This document shows, in pieces, positions 14,288 through 35,766 of a stretch of DNA of 64,000 nucleotides (position 1 is the first letter of the stretch; each line of letters starts with the position of its first letter). The translations under genes and the position numbers were made by a program. The DNA comes from the human T2T-CHM13v2.0 reference genome, Homo sapiens. A model generated the notes under the pieces. That model had not been told where the DNA came from and searched no databases. It saw only the letters and a program-made list of their open reading frames with translations. The DNA lies in assembly GCF_009914755.1 (NCBI RefSeq), contig NC_060934.1. The stretch is one strand, 5' to 3'.

Positions 14288-14651
14288 CAGACAGTCCTTA
14301 CTTATAATTTTTCAACTAATTATTTTTTGACTTTATGATGGTGCAAAAGCAACATGAATTCAGTAGAAACAGTACTTCAGGTATTCACACAGCCATTCTG
14401 TTGTTCATTTTCCATACAGTACTCAATAAATTACATAAGATATTTAACACTTTCATATAAAATCAGCTTTGCGTTAGATGATTTTGTCCAACTGCGGACA
14501 AACATAAGTGCTCTGAGCATGTTTAAGGTAGGCTAGGCTGAGCTATGATTTCAGTAGATTAGTTCTATTCGATGCATTTTCAACTTGCGATGTTTTCCAC
14601 TCACAGTGGGTTTATTGGGATGTAGCCCCATCATAAGTGGAGGAGCATCTG
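14288..14651 (-). mobile_element. MER47 (Tigger5-derived) DNA transposon
   Basis: Reverse complement begins CAGATGCTCCTC; TTTAAGGTAGGCTAGGCTGAGCTATGAT core. Confidence 0.85.
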
Positions 14652-15484
14652 TTCTTGTTTGCAGCTTTCTTCCTACAGCAGAGAACACACCCATTCCTCT
14701 ACTGCCTGCAGCTCATACTCCAGAACCTTGCTCTGATTCACAGTTCTCATCCTCAGGTTTGGAAAGAGACCTTTGCAGTCCAGTGATCTATGAACTACAA
14801 TTTAAGTCATCGCTCCTCCCTCCTTTCCCAAGCACTGGGCACAAAAGTAAAACACAGTGCCAGACCTTGAGGGATCCAAAAACACATCTCAATGTTCAAT
14901 CATCATGGAAGAATGAAAATTGTTCTACTAAACCATGTGCCAGGCTGAGCGGGAGCTCCAGGGAGGAAAAACAAGTGCCTGAGAAGGTCAGAGAAGATTC
15001 TCATTGGAGTTAAGCTTGAAAACTGAATTGGGGTTTTCCAGGAGGCCACAAGGCCAAAGGATTTTCCACTCTCAATAAACACTCTGTAGAAAGTAGTAAC
15101 AGCTAATTACAGACAACTTTAATCTCTCTCTTGCCAATTTCCAGAACTCAAGTTTTAAGTAGTGAGTGAACATAAATTATCTTTTTGACAGGCAGGCTGC
15201 TCCTGCATCTGCTTTGGTTCTGTCTGGAATCTTGGAAGCTTTCCTTACTACACTCTTCCACACAGTTGCCTCTAGAGTTTACTAGAATGTTCTAGCAAGA
15301 GGCACAGACACTTACGCACCCTGGACTGAAGAAATGTGCTCCTCTGTCTGGGAAGGCAGCCTGCTCCGCCAGTGGGCCGTTCAAGGAAGGAGGCATGTGC
15401 AGCAGTGACTTGGATAGGATGCTACCCAGATGGGCAGAATCTACCCTGGCCATCAATGGGGTGATCAGCGTTGCAGCCACATCA

Positions 15485-15897
<413 letters not shown>

Positions 15898-16268
15898 GCC
15901 TGTTGTTTGGTAAGGCCTGTGTGTGTCTCACATTGAGTTGCCTACAGCTCTCAATGCAAGACTTTCACCCATATCTCTGCCCTTAATCCTGCTACAGCAG
16001 GGAGAATGGCTTTTTTGAAAGAAAGAAGAACCTGCAGATGGAGGACAGTGGGCACTCTTTGCCAGAAATACATTTTTCACCCAAACATTCTCTCTTGCTA
16101 GTGTAGGCTGAAGTTTGACTTCCAAGCTTTCACTTGTGAATGCTGTAAACGCACATTACTTCACAAATGTCTATGTATTTTTTAGCAGAAAGAGGAGAAA
16201 CTGGAGGGTTAGCGTTTACCCAGCAATACCTAAGTATTTTATTCATCTTTCAATGATTCTGGATAAAA

Positions 16269-16426
16269 ATTTTTTTAAGAGACAGGGCCTTACTCTATCA
16301 CCCAGGCTGGAGTGCAGTGGCACAATCATGGCTTACTGCAGCCTTGAATTCCTGGAGGGCTCAAGTGATCCCTCTGCCTCAGCCTTCTGAGTAGCTGAAA
16401 CCACAGGCACGCCACCATACCTGGCT

Positions 16427-16461
<35 letters not shown>

Positions 16462-16578
16462 AGAGATGAGGTCTTGCTATGTTGTCCAGGCTGATCTTGA
16501 ACTTCTGGCCTCAAGTGATTCTCCTTCCTTGACCCCCCAAGGTGCTGAGGTTACAGGTGTGAGCCACTGCGTCCAGCC
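16269..16578 (-). mobile_element. AluJ
   Basis: Dimer, TSD TCTGGATAAA. Confidence 0.92.
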
Positions 16579-17019
16579 TAGAATCTGGATAAATTCTTAT
16601 AAGGAAATAAATGAGATGAAATCAGGATCATTTGGGTACAAAGAACAGAGACTAAGGTATTTTGGGAAAAGAAGGACTTAATGAAAGGCCACTGATCACA
16701 GGAGCACAAAAAAAAAAAAAATGTTCTCAGGCAGGGCAGGGACAAGGGCTTCTTTTCTCTTCCCTTATCTTCCAAAATCAGTGTTTCCGCATTCCAGGTT
16801 TTCAGAAGAGGAAATGGATTGGCCCAATTCACTTTTCCCACCAGGGCACCAGATTTTAGGTGTCAGGCCAGCCAGTGGGTGGCCTATCCTGACAAGTCTC
16901 CTCCCCTAGATACTTAGCTGTGGCCAGGGGCATGGGATCCGGATGGCCCCTGCCCCAGAAGGAGAATGGGTGAGGGAACTACCGCAAAAAGTATCTAATA
17001 CATTATGAGACTTAGGTCA

Positions 17020-17575
<556 letters not shown>

Positions 17576-17657
17576 TGTTTTGCCAAAAAACAAGCAGCTC
17601 TTCCTCAGTTTTCTGTTAGTGGTGTCATCATTCTCCCATATATAAAAAGTAAAGTCA

Positions 17658-17956
<299 letters not shown>

Positions 17957-18099
17957 TCACCTGTTGACCATTATGTCCTGTTCACTCTTTCTTTGCTAAG
18001 CCTTTTACTTTATTCACTGATTCATTTATTTATCCGATTTACAGTTTTGAGCATCCATTTGCTACATAAAAGAATTTTTTTTTCCTTTCCGACTTTGCA

Positions 18100-19231
<1,132 letters not shown>

Positions 19232-19582
19232 TAAAATATCTTTTAATTTATGTATCTTGCATATCATGAGTTAACCCATTCCATCCCTCTCCCTGTTAAA
19301 ATTCTACCCTTGCCTCAAGGCCTAGCTCAAACAAGAATGCCTCATCCAGATGTCCCTGACAACTAGAGACAGAAATAATCTCTTTGTTCTCTGAATTCCC
19401 ATAGTTGCTTTCTGAATTCTCTGGATTTCCCACAGCTGAATTCTTTACACCTGTTTCTGGTAATCATCATCAGACATATGTTCTCTCTTACTAGACTCAG
19501 TTTCCTTGAGTACAGGACTTTCCATAAAAAATACCCAATAAATATCCAGAAATAGATCATACGGTTCAAAATACAAAAGAAA

Positions 19583-19933
<351 letters not shown>

Positions 19934-20201
19934 TTAGAAAAGATGACATAGGAGGTGACATTTTATCGATCAGCCACTCTAATTCAGGGTTCAAGGCTGA
20001 TGAAATTTTTTTTCAGAGACTGCAAATATGTTGAAATCTGAAAAAAATATATTGGCTACAAGATACGACAATAAAATTAAAATTAATAAATATTGAAAAC
20101 CATAACATCCCGTTTCTTTATTGCTAGAGATAGGACAAAAAATCAAAGATATGACAATAATATTAAAAATTAATAAATGTTGAAAACCATAACATCCCGA
20201 A

Positions 20202-20510
20202 TTTCTTTCTTTCTTTTTTGAAATGGAGTTTCTCTGTCACACAGGCTGGAATGCAGTGGTGCGATCTCGGCTACTTGCAACCTCTGCTTCCTGGGTTCAA
20301 ATGTTTCTCCTGCCTCAGCCTCCAAATAGCTGAGACTATGAGTGCGTGCCACCATGCCCGGCTAATTTTTGTATTTTGTTGTTGTTGTTAGTAGAGACGG
20401 GGTTTCACCATGTTGGCCAGGCTGGTCTCGAACTCCTGAGCTCAAGTGATCTGCCCGCCTCGTCCTCCCAAAGTGCTGGGATTACAGGCATGAGCCACTG
20501 CACCTGGCCC
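20202..20510 (-). mobile_element. AluS
   Basis: Dimer. Confidence 0.93.
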
Positions 20511-20744
20511 TGAACTTCTTAATTGCTAAATTTAGGATTCAGAATAATCACATTATCTTAAATGCAATTTTTGTAGATCTTTTTGCTTTGCAAGGATTCT
20601 CAAGCATACACAATGATTCTCCAGAAATCTGCATAGTAAGAAAAAAAAAAAAAAACAAGTGCAGATAATGGCAAGCACCACCTCACTCTAATATATGAGA
20701 TGGGCTAAGGCTTCCAAAAGATTGTCTCAGCTTATGAAGACCTA

Positions 20745-21155
<411 letters not shown>

Positions 21156-21340
21156 ATTGTTACGACCTTTTGACCCAATGATACTACTCCCAATACTTAA
21201 TGTTCTGGAAAAGGTCATGTGTCCTCAGCATTTAGTAATTCTCTATCTTTCTTTTTTGCATACTAGTCTGTATATTTTTCAAATTTCTTACACAGTAAGC
21301 ATGCATTTTATAGCAAGAATGCTTACAAGAAAAAAAATTA

Positions 21341-21844
<504 letters not shown>

Positions 21845-23190
21845 CTAGCACACGGTCCCAGCTCCCAAAGAACCCTAATCACTCCAACTGCGTGAGTGTT
21901 TAATCTTCCCAACATTTAATGTTTCCAACAATCCGAAACGGTGGGCACGATTTTTCTGCTTCTCTAAATGTGAAAACATACTCAAAGAGGTTAAATCATG
22001 TTCCCAAACACCACACAGCAAGGAAATGGCAGAGCTGGAGTATGGATAATTTATTGTCTACTTTAACAATGGGTCCTTTTTCAATTACCCCAAGCTGCCT
22101 TTGGTCCGTGCTTTATAGTGGACACTCATTGTCTTATTGTCCAAGTTCAACATTCTCACCTCCTTTCCATTTCAGATCTTTTTATCAGAGAGCATCTTTC
22201 CTCTCTCCTCCCAATAGGACCAGATAGATGTAAAAACACAGACCAATTTAACATATGGAGTCATTTTATCTCTGAAAAAAATCTCAATTTGGAAGCCAGT
22301 CATAGTGGGGAAGGGATAATGTTAGTATTTCACCTTCCTATCATACATTGGTTTAATATTTTTATTCTGATATCAATGTACCACTGTCTGGGTGTCTGTT
22401 TTAAACTACAGACATCTCTAAAGCAGAGACTGATTCTACATAATTCTCTTTATATTCTACTTAGCAAAACAAGGTGGTCAGTTAAATATTTAAAATTGTT
22501 TTGCATAATGAAAATGTTGACATGCAAATAAGTAAGAAAAATCTGTCTTATATTGGGAGGTAATTATGCTTAAAACATAAAATAATCACACATTGGATTA
22601 GAAGACAGAAGGAATCACAAAAATATCTGTTTGAACAATCTACTTTAATCTGAAAAAAGATTTCACTCTCCAGGGAACAGAGTGTGATGAGAATGGCCAG
22701 AAGGCTCATTTTGAGCTTTTGATCAGTTCTCTCTGCAAGTGCAGCCAGGGAAGAGATTTCCAGACTGTATGGAGTGCTGTATTTACCAGCTTTGGAAAAC
22801 CGAGGAATATATGCCATTTTTTAAATCAAAGAAATGTGGAAGGCTCATTCATGAAAACAAAGAATTTAGGATCTGGAAATGAACATTTAAAAAAATTTGT
22901 ATTCAACCCATTTTACAACATGGAATGAATTAGCTCCATTCTAGCAGAACTATGTATACATGTAGTTATTCAACAAAACAGTCTGCTTTTTAAAAAACAT
23001 TCACATTTTACACAAAGAATAATTCAGAAATGGGCAAGAAGATGTATATTTAGCCTATACTGAAATATCATAGAGAAATAAAACTTATACCTGTTTTGAA
23101 AACTGTGGTTTGATACTACATAGCTCACCCTGTCAGTGTAAAATTGGCTTTTTGAACTCAAAAGCACAAAGTGCTCTAGGTTGAAAGTGG

Positions 23191-23833
<643 letters not shown>

Positions 23834-24104
23834 ACACACTTTCTTCAGTCAGTTCAAATAGGTAATATTTATGCAGCAATAGCAAGAAAATGGAACTTGA
23901 TCTCAAAAGATGTGACTCAATTTGAGTTAGCCACACTCCAAATGTTAAATAAAAACTTCCGTTCACAATTTCGCTCTTTGTGTTTAAAATATAACTATCG
24001 CAAAATATCACTAAGCTGAATACAGTAAAAAAAATAATAAACCGGCCAATAGTTTTTAATGAAGGTAGGCTAGGGAGGGGTAAGCAAAAACTCTGGGCTC
24101 TCTG

Positions 24105-24720
24105 ATGGACAGTGCAAACTTTTTTGGCTTTGCTTATTTTTGTTTTAGAGTTATTACTCCTACTTTATTCTTCTTTTCCAAAATTATTTTAGTTGTTCTA
24201 GTTCCTTTGACTTTGCATGTAAGTTTTAGAATACTCTTGTCTATATCTATAAAAATGCTTACTACAATTTTGACTGTCATTGGGTTAAACCCATAGATCA
24301 ATTTGGAAAAGAATTGAGACCTTCCTCTAAGAACTCAATATATATCTCTTCATTTAATTTATATCTTCAGTTAATTTCATCATCATTTTATAGTTTTCAG
24401 CATATACATGTTTTATTAAATTTATACCTAATCACCTCATTTTTTGAGCAATTGTAAATAGTATTCTATTTTTAATTTCAGTTTATACATACTTGTTGCT
24501 AGTATAAGGGAGTAAATGTTTTTTTGTCTATTAATCTTATATCTTATGACCATGTGTGAATGGCCCACCAGTTCTGCATCCTCAAGAGCATTTGGTGTTG
24601 TCTCTGCTTTTTTCTTTTCTTTTTTTTTCTTTTTCCTTCTTTTCACAGGTGTTGATGATCTTTATTTTTTATCTATACTTTATTCTTTTCACAGGTGTTG
24701 ATATATCTTTGTGGTTTTCT
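24105..24720 (-). mobile_element. Old L1M fragments
   Basis: T-rich L1 ORF2 antisense motifs. Confidence 0.6.
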
Positions 24721-24855
24721 CTTTTTTTTCCAACAGATTGGCCGAATGAGTGTTTCTTAATGTGTTAATAAACACATGATACAAGATCGACCCTCTTAAC
24801 TTTCTAAGTATATAGATACTATAGTATAATATTGTTAGTATAATATAGTTAACTA

Positions 24856-24922
24856 ATAGGTTGGTGCAAAAGTAATTGCAGCATCAATGGCAAAAACCAC
24901 AATTACTTTTGCACCAATATAA
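24856..24922. mobile_element. MADE1 (mariner MITE) palindrome
   Basis: GGTTGGTGCAAAAGTAATTG...CAATTACTTTTGCACCAA. Confidence 0.92.
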
Positions 24923-25486
24923 TATAACTATAATAACCATAGTTATTACAGATTATAGTTAGTATAGTATTATAGTTAGTATAGTATTATAGTTAACAAT
25001 AGCATAGCATAGCATAGTTAACTGTAAGCACATTGTTGCACAACAGATTTCTAGGATTTTTTCATCTTGCATGACTGAAACTCTAAACCCATTGAATAGC
25101 AATATCCCATTTCCTTCTTCCTGAAACTCCTGGCAACCCCCATTCTCCTTTCTCCTTCTATGAGACTGAATATTGTAGATACCTCATATAAAGAGAATCA
25201 TGCAACATTTGTCCTATGGTTAGCTTATGTCACTTAGCACAATATCTATAAGTTTTACTCATGTGGTTGTGTATGGCAGGATTTCTTTCTTTTTTAAGGC
25301 TGAATAATATGTCTTTGTATATGTATACCATGTATATGTCCATTTTGTATGTATGTACATTTTGTTTATCCATTCATCCATTAGGTTGTTTCTACCTCTT
25401 GGCTATTGTGAATAAGCTGCAATGAAGATTCATTGTAAATCTTGAATTGAAAACAGAATCTTCTTCAATCTTCTTCACAAAAATAA

Positions 25487-25820
<334 letters not shown>

Positions 25821-26001
25821 TCTGATTTCAATTCTTTTGGTTATATACCCAAAAGTGGGATTGCTGGATCATAGGTAGCTCTATTCTTAATTTATTACAG
25901 AATCTCCATACTGTTTATCATAGCAGCTGCATCATTTTACATTCCCACCAATAATGCAAAGGGTTGCAGTTTCTCTGCATTCTCACCAACACTTATTTTC
26001 T

Positions 26002-26033
<32 letters not shown>

Positions 26034-27127
26034 TTATTTTATAATGGCCCTTCTAACAGATGTGAGGTGATAGCTCATTGTGGTTTTGATTTGCATTTCG
26101 TTGATGATTAGTGATTAGCATCTTTTTATATATCTGTTGGCCGTTTGAGCATCTTCTTTGGGAAAATGTCTATTCAAATCTTTTGTCCGTTTTAAAATCA
26201 GATTATTTATTATTTTTTGTAGGGGGTCCTTATATACTTTGGGTATTAACCCCACATGAAATTTATGGTTTACAGATATTTTCTCCCATTCTGTAGGTTG
26301 CCTTTTCACTCTATAATTGTTTCTTTTGAGCACACAGCTTTTTAGTTTCATGTAGTCCCACTTGTTTATTTTTGCTTTTGTTGTTTGTGCTTTTAGTGTC
26401 ATGTCCAAGACATCATTGTCAAAACAATGTTATGAAGGTTTCCCCCTATGTCTTTTTCTAGAAGTTTCGTAGTTTCAGGTCTTATGTTTAAATCTTTAAC
26501 ATTTTGAGTTGACTTTTGTGTATGGTGTCAGAAAAGGGTCCAAATTTATTATTTTCCTGTGAATATTCAGCTTTCCCAGCACCATTTGCTGAAGAAACTA
26601 GTTTCCCTATTGTGTGGTCTTGGCACCTTGTTGAAGGTCATTTGACCATATATGTGTGGATTTATGTCTGGGGTCTCTATTCTATTCCATTGATCTATAT
26701 GTCTGTCTTTATGCTAGTACCATACTGTTTTGATTACTGTAGCTTTGCAATAGCTTTTCAAGTCAGAACGTGTGAGCCCTCCAGATTTGTTTTTTTAAGA
26801 TAGTTTCAAGAATCCAGGTCTTTTTGTCAAAGGACCCTGATTGTGTTCAGAGTCCTTTGTGGTTCCATAAGAATTTTAGGATTTTTTTTTCTATTTCTGA
26901 AAAAAAAAAATGCCATTGAGATTTTGTCAGGGATTGCATTTAGTCTGTAGATCATTTTGAGTAGTATGAACATTTTAGCAATATTAAGTCTTTCAATCCA
27001 TGAAAATGAAACATTTCAATTTATTTGTATCATCTTAAATTTCTTTCAACAATGTTTTGTAGTTTCCACTGTACAAGTCTTTCACCTCCTTATATTTATT
27101 CCTCAATCTTATATTTATTATTTTTGA

Positions 27128-27534
<407 letters not shown>

Positions 27535-28584
27535 TAGAAACACAACTAATTTTTGTATGTTGATTTTGTATTCTGTAACTTTGCTGAATTCATTTATTAG
27601 TTCTAACAGATTTTTTGGTGGAAGCTTTAGGGTTTTCTATCTATCAGATAATGTCAGCAATTATTTTTCTCTTCTCTAGTTCACATATTTCTTCCATAAT
27701 TTTTATTATTTTCTTCTTCTGCTAAGTTTATGCTCACTTTGCTTTGCTTTTTCTAGTTCCTTGAGGTTTAAAGTTGGGTTGTTTACTGATATCTTTCTTC
27801 TTTTTCAATGTAGCCCTTCACTGCTATAAATTTCCCTCCTAGTACTATTCTTGCAGTATCAAATAAGTTTGGGTATATTTGTTTTCATTTGTCTAAAGAT
27901 ATTTTCTAATTATCCTTTTGATTTCTTCTTTGACCCATTGATTGAGAGTGTGTTGTTTAATTTTTTCATATTTGTGAATTTTTCAGTTTTCCTTCTGCTA
28001 CTATTTCTAGTTTCATCCCATTGTCATCAGACAAGATACTTGGTATTATTTCGATCTTTTTAAATTTGTTAAGACTTATTTTATCACCTAACAAGTGATC
28101 TATCCTGGAGAATGATCTGTATATTCTCGAGAAGAATGTGTACTTTGCTGCTATTGGATGGAACATTGCATATATGTCTCTTAGAACTATTTGCCTACAG
28201 TGTTGTTCAAGTCTTTTGTTTACATATTAATTTTCTGCCTTGATAGTCTATCAGTTGTTGATAGTGGCATTTGAAATCTCCTACTATTAATGTGTTGCTA
28301 TCTATTTCTCCCTTCAGTTTGGTCAATATTTGCTTCTTATACTTGGGTGCTCTGAAACTGGGTGCATATATATTTTAAAAGTTTATATGTTTCTAGTGAA
28401 CTGACCCATTTGTCATTATATAATGTTCTTCTTTACCTCTTGTGACAACTTTTGACTTAAAGTCTCTTTTGTCTGACATAAATATGGCCACCCCTGCTCC
28501 CTTTTGTTTAACATTTGCATGCATTTTTTCTTCCGTTCTTTTATATTCAGCCTATGTGTGTCCTTAATCTAAAGTGAGTCTCTT

Positions 28585-28896
<312 letters not shown>

Positions 28897-29208
28897 TTAT
28901 CAACAGCACATGGTTGAATCTTAGTTCTTTTATCTGTTCATCCACTCTGTGTCTTAATTGAGGAGTCTAATCCATTTACATTTAAAGTAATTACTGAAGG
29001 GAAGGATTTACTATTGCCATTTTGTTAATTGTTTTCTTATAGAATTTCATCCCTTTTCCTCTCTTGCTATCAGCCTTTTTGTTCTATTGATTATTTATTT
29101 ATTTTTTATTGCAGTGGCATGTTTGATTCCTTTCTCATTTCCTTTTGTGTGTCATCTTATAAGTATTTTCTTTTTGGTTACAATGAGGCTTACATAAAAC
29201 ATCTTGTA

Positions 29209-29547
<339 letters not shown>

Positions 29548-30315
29548 TTATTTTAAGCTGACAACTTAACTTCAGTCGCATACCAAAATAACTTTTTTAC
29601 TTCTTTCCTCCCCACACTTTGTTATTGCTGTCACAAATTACATCTTTTTATATAGTGCCTTCATTAACATATTTTTATAGTTATATTTCTTTTTTGTACT
29701 TGATTTTCAACTTCTACACCAGAATTGTAAGTGACTTACATACCACAGTTACAGTATTGCAGTATTCTGTATTTTTCTATATATTAACCTCTACAAGTAA
29801 ACTTTATACTTTCATATCCTTTTGTGCTGCTGTCTAGCATCCTGTTGTTCTAACTTAAGGGACTCTCTTTAGCATTTCTTGTAAGGCAGGTTTAGTGGGA
29901 ATGAATTTCCTGAGCTGTTTACTTGGGAAAGTCTTTCTTCTTTACCTATGAAAGGCAGTTTTACCAGAGACAGAACACTTAGTTGGCAGGGCTTTTTAAT
30001 TTCATTTTATTTCAGCACTTTGAATATAACATCCCACTCTTTTCCGGCCTGCAAGGTTTCTACCAAGAAATCCCCCGATACTCTTATGAGGGCTATCTTG
30101 TCCATACAAGTCATTTTTTTTCTTGCTGCTTTTACGATTTTCTCTTTGTCTTAGACATGCAACAATTTAATTGTAATGTGTCTTGGTGTAGACTTCTTTG
30201 GATTTATCATAGTTGGAGTCTCCTGGGGTTCTTAAATCTTATCCATATGTTTCCCTAGATATGAGAAATTTTAAGCCATTTTTTTTCAAATAAGCTTTCT
30301 GTTCATTTCTCTCTG

Positions 30316-30774
30316 TGTAGCAGGACAAGCCGCAGACAAAACCCTTCAGACACCAAGTTAAAGAAGGAAGGGTTTTATTCGGCCGGGAGCTTTGGCAAGA
30401 CTCACGTCTCCAACAACTGAGCTCCCCGAGTGAGCAATTCCTGTCCCTTTTAAGAGCTCACAACTCTAAGGGGGTCCACGTGAGAGGGTTGTGATCAATT
30501 GAGCAAGCAGGGGTACATGACTGCGGGCTGCATGCTCCAGTAATTAGAATGGAACAGAACAGGACAGGGATTTTCACAGTGCTTTTCTGTACAATGTCTG
30601 TAATCTATAGATAACATAACCGATTAGGTCAGGGGTCTATCTTTAACTGCCGGTCCCAGGGTGTGGTGTCTGACTGTCTGCCTGCAGATTTCATTTCTGC
30701 CTTTTAGTTTTTACTTCTTTCTTTGGAGGCAGAAATTGGGCATAAGACAATATGAGGGGTGGTCTCCTCCCTTA
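30316..30774 (-). mobile_element. LTR2 (HERV-E/Harlequin) solo LTR
   Basis: Reverse complement TAAGGGAGGAGACCACCCCTCATATTGTCTTATGCCC...GTCCTGCTACA; 4-bp TSD TCTG. Confidence 0.92.
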
Positions 30775-30812
30775 TCTGTACTCCTTCTGCAACTTCCATA
30801 ATGTATATATAG

Positions 30813-31219
<407 letters not shown>

Positions 31220-31290
31220 TGACTGGATAATTTCAAATGTCCTGTCTTTGAGTTTACTGACTGATCAAGTCTGAAGCTTAACCCCTTTAG

Positions 31291-31592
<302 letters not shown>

Positions 31593-32602
31593 CGTTTAGT
31601 GAATGTTTGACCCTTCCAGTGAATTTTTCAATTCAGTTATTATATTCTTTGGCTCCAAAATTTCTGTTTGGTTCTTTTTATATTTTCTCTTTGTTAACAT
31701 TCTCATCCTTTTCCTGAGCTCATTGAACTTCTTTATGATGGTTATTTTGAATTCTTTCTCAGGTAGTTCATATATCTATGTTTCTTTAAGGTTGGTTTCT
31801 GAATATTTATTTTACTCTTTTGCACTTGCCAAATTTCCTTGTTTCTTTATGTGCCTTGTAATCTGTGGTGAGATCTACACATTTGAGAAAAATAAATAAA
31901 TATAGCCCCCTCTCTGTATTTGCAGACTAACTTTGTACGGGTAAAACAAAATCAGCCCAACTAGAGATCCTGTGGGCCTTTCAAACCTTTTCTGGGTGTC
32001 TATTCTCTGGACTTGTGCATGTAAAATCCCAATTAGAGTGATTTCACAGTTTCTTTTTTCAGAAGCTAGTAATCTCTTGCTTTCTCTGGTGTCTTTCTGT
32101 AGCACTGCAGGTTTTCTTGAGCTCCCTTAAGCTGCCCAGCTCTCTTTTGTTCTCAGCAGCCCTAGGCTTCTAGAGTATGCTGAATCTCATCAGCATGTCA
32201 AGTCAATGAGACAGAAACTTGTTCCTCAAGCAGCCCCCTCAAAAGCCAGAATGTTGGATGCATACTCCACTCTTCTTCCTATTCCTTCCCCCTTCACCAA
32301 GAGAGAGGCCACTGAGCTGTATCAGCCTCTGTCTGCTGCACTGCAGGTCTTCTGGAGCAGCAGCAAACTACTTAGCTCTCTTTTGTTCTCAGTAACCCCT
32401 GGGTACCTAAAGTATACCTAAAGTCATATCAGCATTCCAAGACAGGTGAAACAAAAACCAGTCCCTTGGGCAGCCCCCTGAAAAGCCAGGATGTTGAATT
32501 CAAACTCCATTCTTCTCTCTCTCTACCAACGAAGAAGCTGAGAGTTGGAGATTTTCTTCTGATCACACCACACTGAGCCAGGGGAGGGGCTATGGTGAGT
32601 GA

Positions 32603-32976
<374 letters not shown>

Positions 32977-33337
32977 CCTATCACTTCTTAAATTCAGACA
33001 CAACAGAAACCAGTTGTTTGGACAGACCCCTGAAAAGTCTAAACATTGACATATATTTCAGTCTTCTCTGTCGCTTCCCAGGGAGAAGCCAGGAGCTGCA
33101 ACTTTTCTTCTGATCATGCCATGCTAAGCCGGGGATGGGACTATGGAGAGCAACTGCCGCATATTTTCCAGTTGGCTTCCATGAGGCTGTTTTTGTGCTC
33201 ACCTGGGGTTCAGAAGCCTCTTAATTAGTTTCTAGATTTCTCACAAAGGAATTGGTCCCTGTAATGCTGTTGAATTGGTGTCTCCATGGGGGTAGAGGGT
33301 CTGGGGTTTCCTAGTCTGTAATCTGCTGACATATAAA

Positions 33338-33410
<73 letters not shown>
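33338..33410. repeat. (CT)n(GT)n compound microsatellite
   Basis: Directly visible. Confidence 0.95.
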
Positions 33411-33705
<295 letters not shown>

Positions 33706-34640
33706 AAAATCTCATTGTGATTTTAATTTGCATTTCCCCAATGTCTAATGATGTCGAACAGCTTTTCATGTGCTTCTTTGCCATCAATATGTATGTATAT
33801 GTGTGTGTAAATATGTACGTATATATGTGCGAAATGTCTTTCATGTCCTTTACCCATGTTTTAATTGGATTGTTTGCTATTTTACTGTTGAGTTTTGAGA
33901 GTTCTTTATATATTCTACATACTAGTCCTTTGCTGGGTATGCGATTTGCAAATATTTTCTCCAGTATGTGGCTTTCTTTTCTTCCTTTTAACTGGGCACA
34001 CTCATGCATCACTTAACGATGGGGATATGTTCTGAGAAATGTGTTGTTGGGTGATTTCCTCATTGTGCAAAGATCATAGAGTGTACTTACACAAATCCAG
34101 ATGATATAGTCTATGACACTCCTGGGCTACATGATATAGCCTACTGTTCCTAGGCTACAATGCTGTATAGCATGTTACTGTACTAAATAGTGTAGGCAGT
34201 TGTAACACAGTGGAATTTGTGTATCTATGTCTAAACATAGAAAAGGTACAGACAAAATACGGTATTATAATCTTATGGCACCACCATAGTATATGTAGTC
34301 TATCATTGACTGAAATGTCTTTGTGTGGTACATGACAGTATTTTACAAAGTAAAAATGTAAATATTTTGGTGAAGTCTAATTTATCAACATTTCCCTTTT
34401 TGAATCTTGCTTCTGATGGCAAGACTTAAGAACGATTTGCTTATCCCTAGATGATGAAGATTTTTTTCTTCCATTTTTCTCTAAAACGTTTACACTTTTA
34501 CATTTTCATTTATGTGCATGATCTATTTTGAGTTAAATTTTGTATGTGGTATAAAACTAGGACACAGGTCATATTTTTTGCTTTGGGGTGTCCAATTACT
34601 CTAGCACCATTTTAAAAGGCTATCTTCCTCCACTGATTTT
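33706..34640 (-). mobile_element. Old L1M fragment interrupted by Tigger3a
   Basis: ORF 33662-34012 contains EKIFAN..KGLVCRIYKEL..EMQIK. Confidence 0.8.
33998..34338 (+). mobile_element. Tigger3a DNA transposon
   Basis: CATGCATCACTTAACGATGGGGATATGTTCTGAGAAATG. Confidence 0.87.
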
Positions 34641-35006
34641 TCTAATTTTATTTACTATTCATAATTTTTATCTTTCTATGAACATGACTTATAAAAGTCC
34701 TATTTTAAAGTCTTCAAAAAGTGGGGTTTTTAAATTTTAAGCATAGTGAATTCCCCTTTTGATTGTTAATAAGTTAAACTAGTACTAATATCAAACAGTT
34801 GTATAGCACTTAAGATGCACAAGGCACTCCTCCCAACGCTTTACATCTGTAAATTCATGTAACCCTCACAATTCTATACAGGAATATCATGCTATCACAC
34901 TACAATAATACTATAATATTATACTGGTGCGTTTTATTCTATGAGTGGTAAAAGTTATTGGAAAATTTTTAGAAGAGTAATGGAATAGGTCTAGTAAGTA
35001 TCTTTA

Positions 35007-35377
<371 letters not shown>

Positions 35378-35766
35378 TCACCAGCTTCAACAATGATTGC
35401 CATTTTGCCCATCTTATTTCACCTGATTTCTCCCTACATGCACGTAGATTTTCTAGAGTAATCAAATTCCAGGTAGTGACTTATTCATTAATACTTCAGC
35501 AGGTATCCCTAGAAGATAAAAAGTTTTTTAAAAACCTAGCCACAATAGTCTTATCACAAAAGCAAAAAATGACTATTTCTTAAAATATTTCCTTAACAAA
35601 TCTCCAATTCTAGTTCGAATTGCTCCATTGTCTCAAATACATCTTTTTCCAGTTGGTTTGTTCAAATCACTGTATAATCACATTACAGTTTATCCATTTG
35701 CTTCTTTCCTATGTCATTTTTTTGTGGAGTAAACTGAGCCTAATACATGTCTTTAAAATTCACTCT

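Noticed and set aside
22660-22928. Acceptor-like TTTCACTCTCCAG followed by an open frame
   Set aside because: No recognisable protein similarity and no good donor site.
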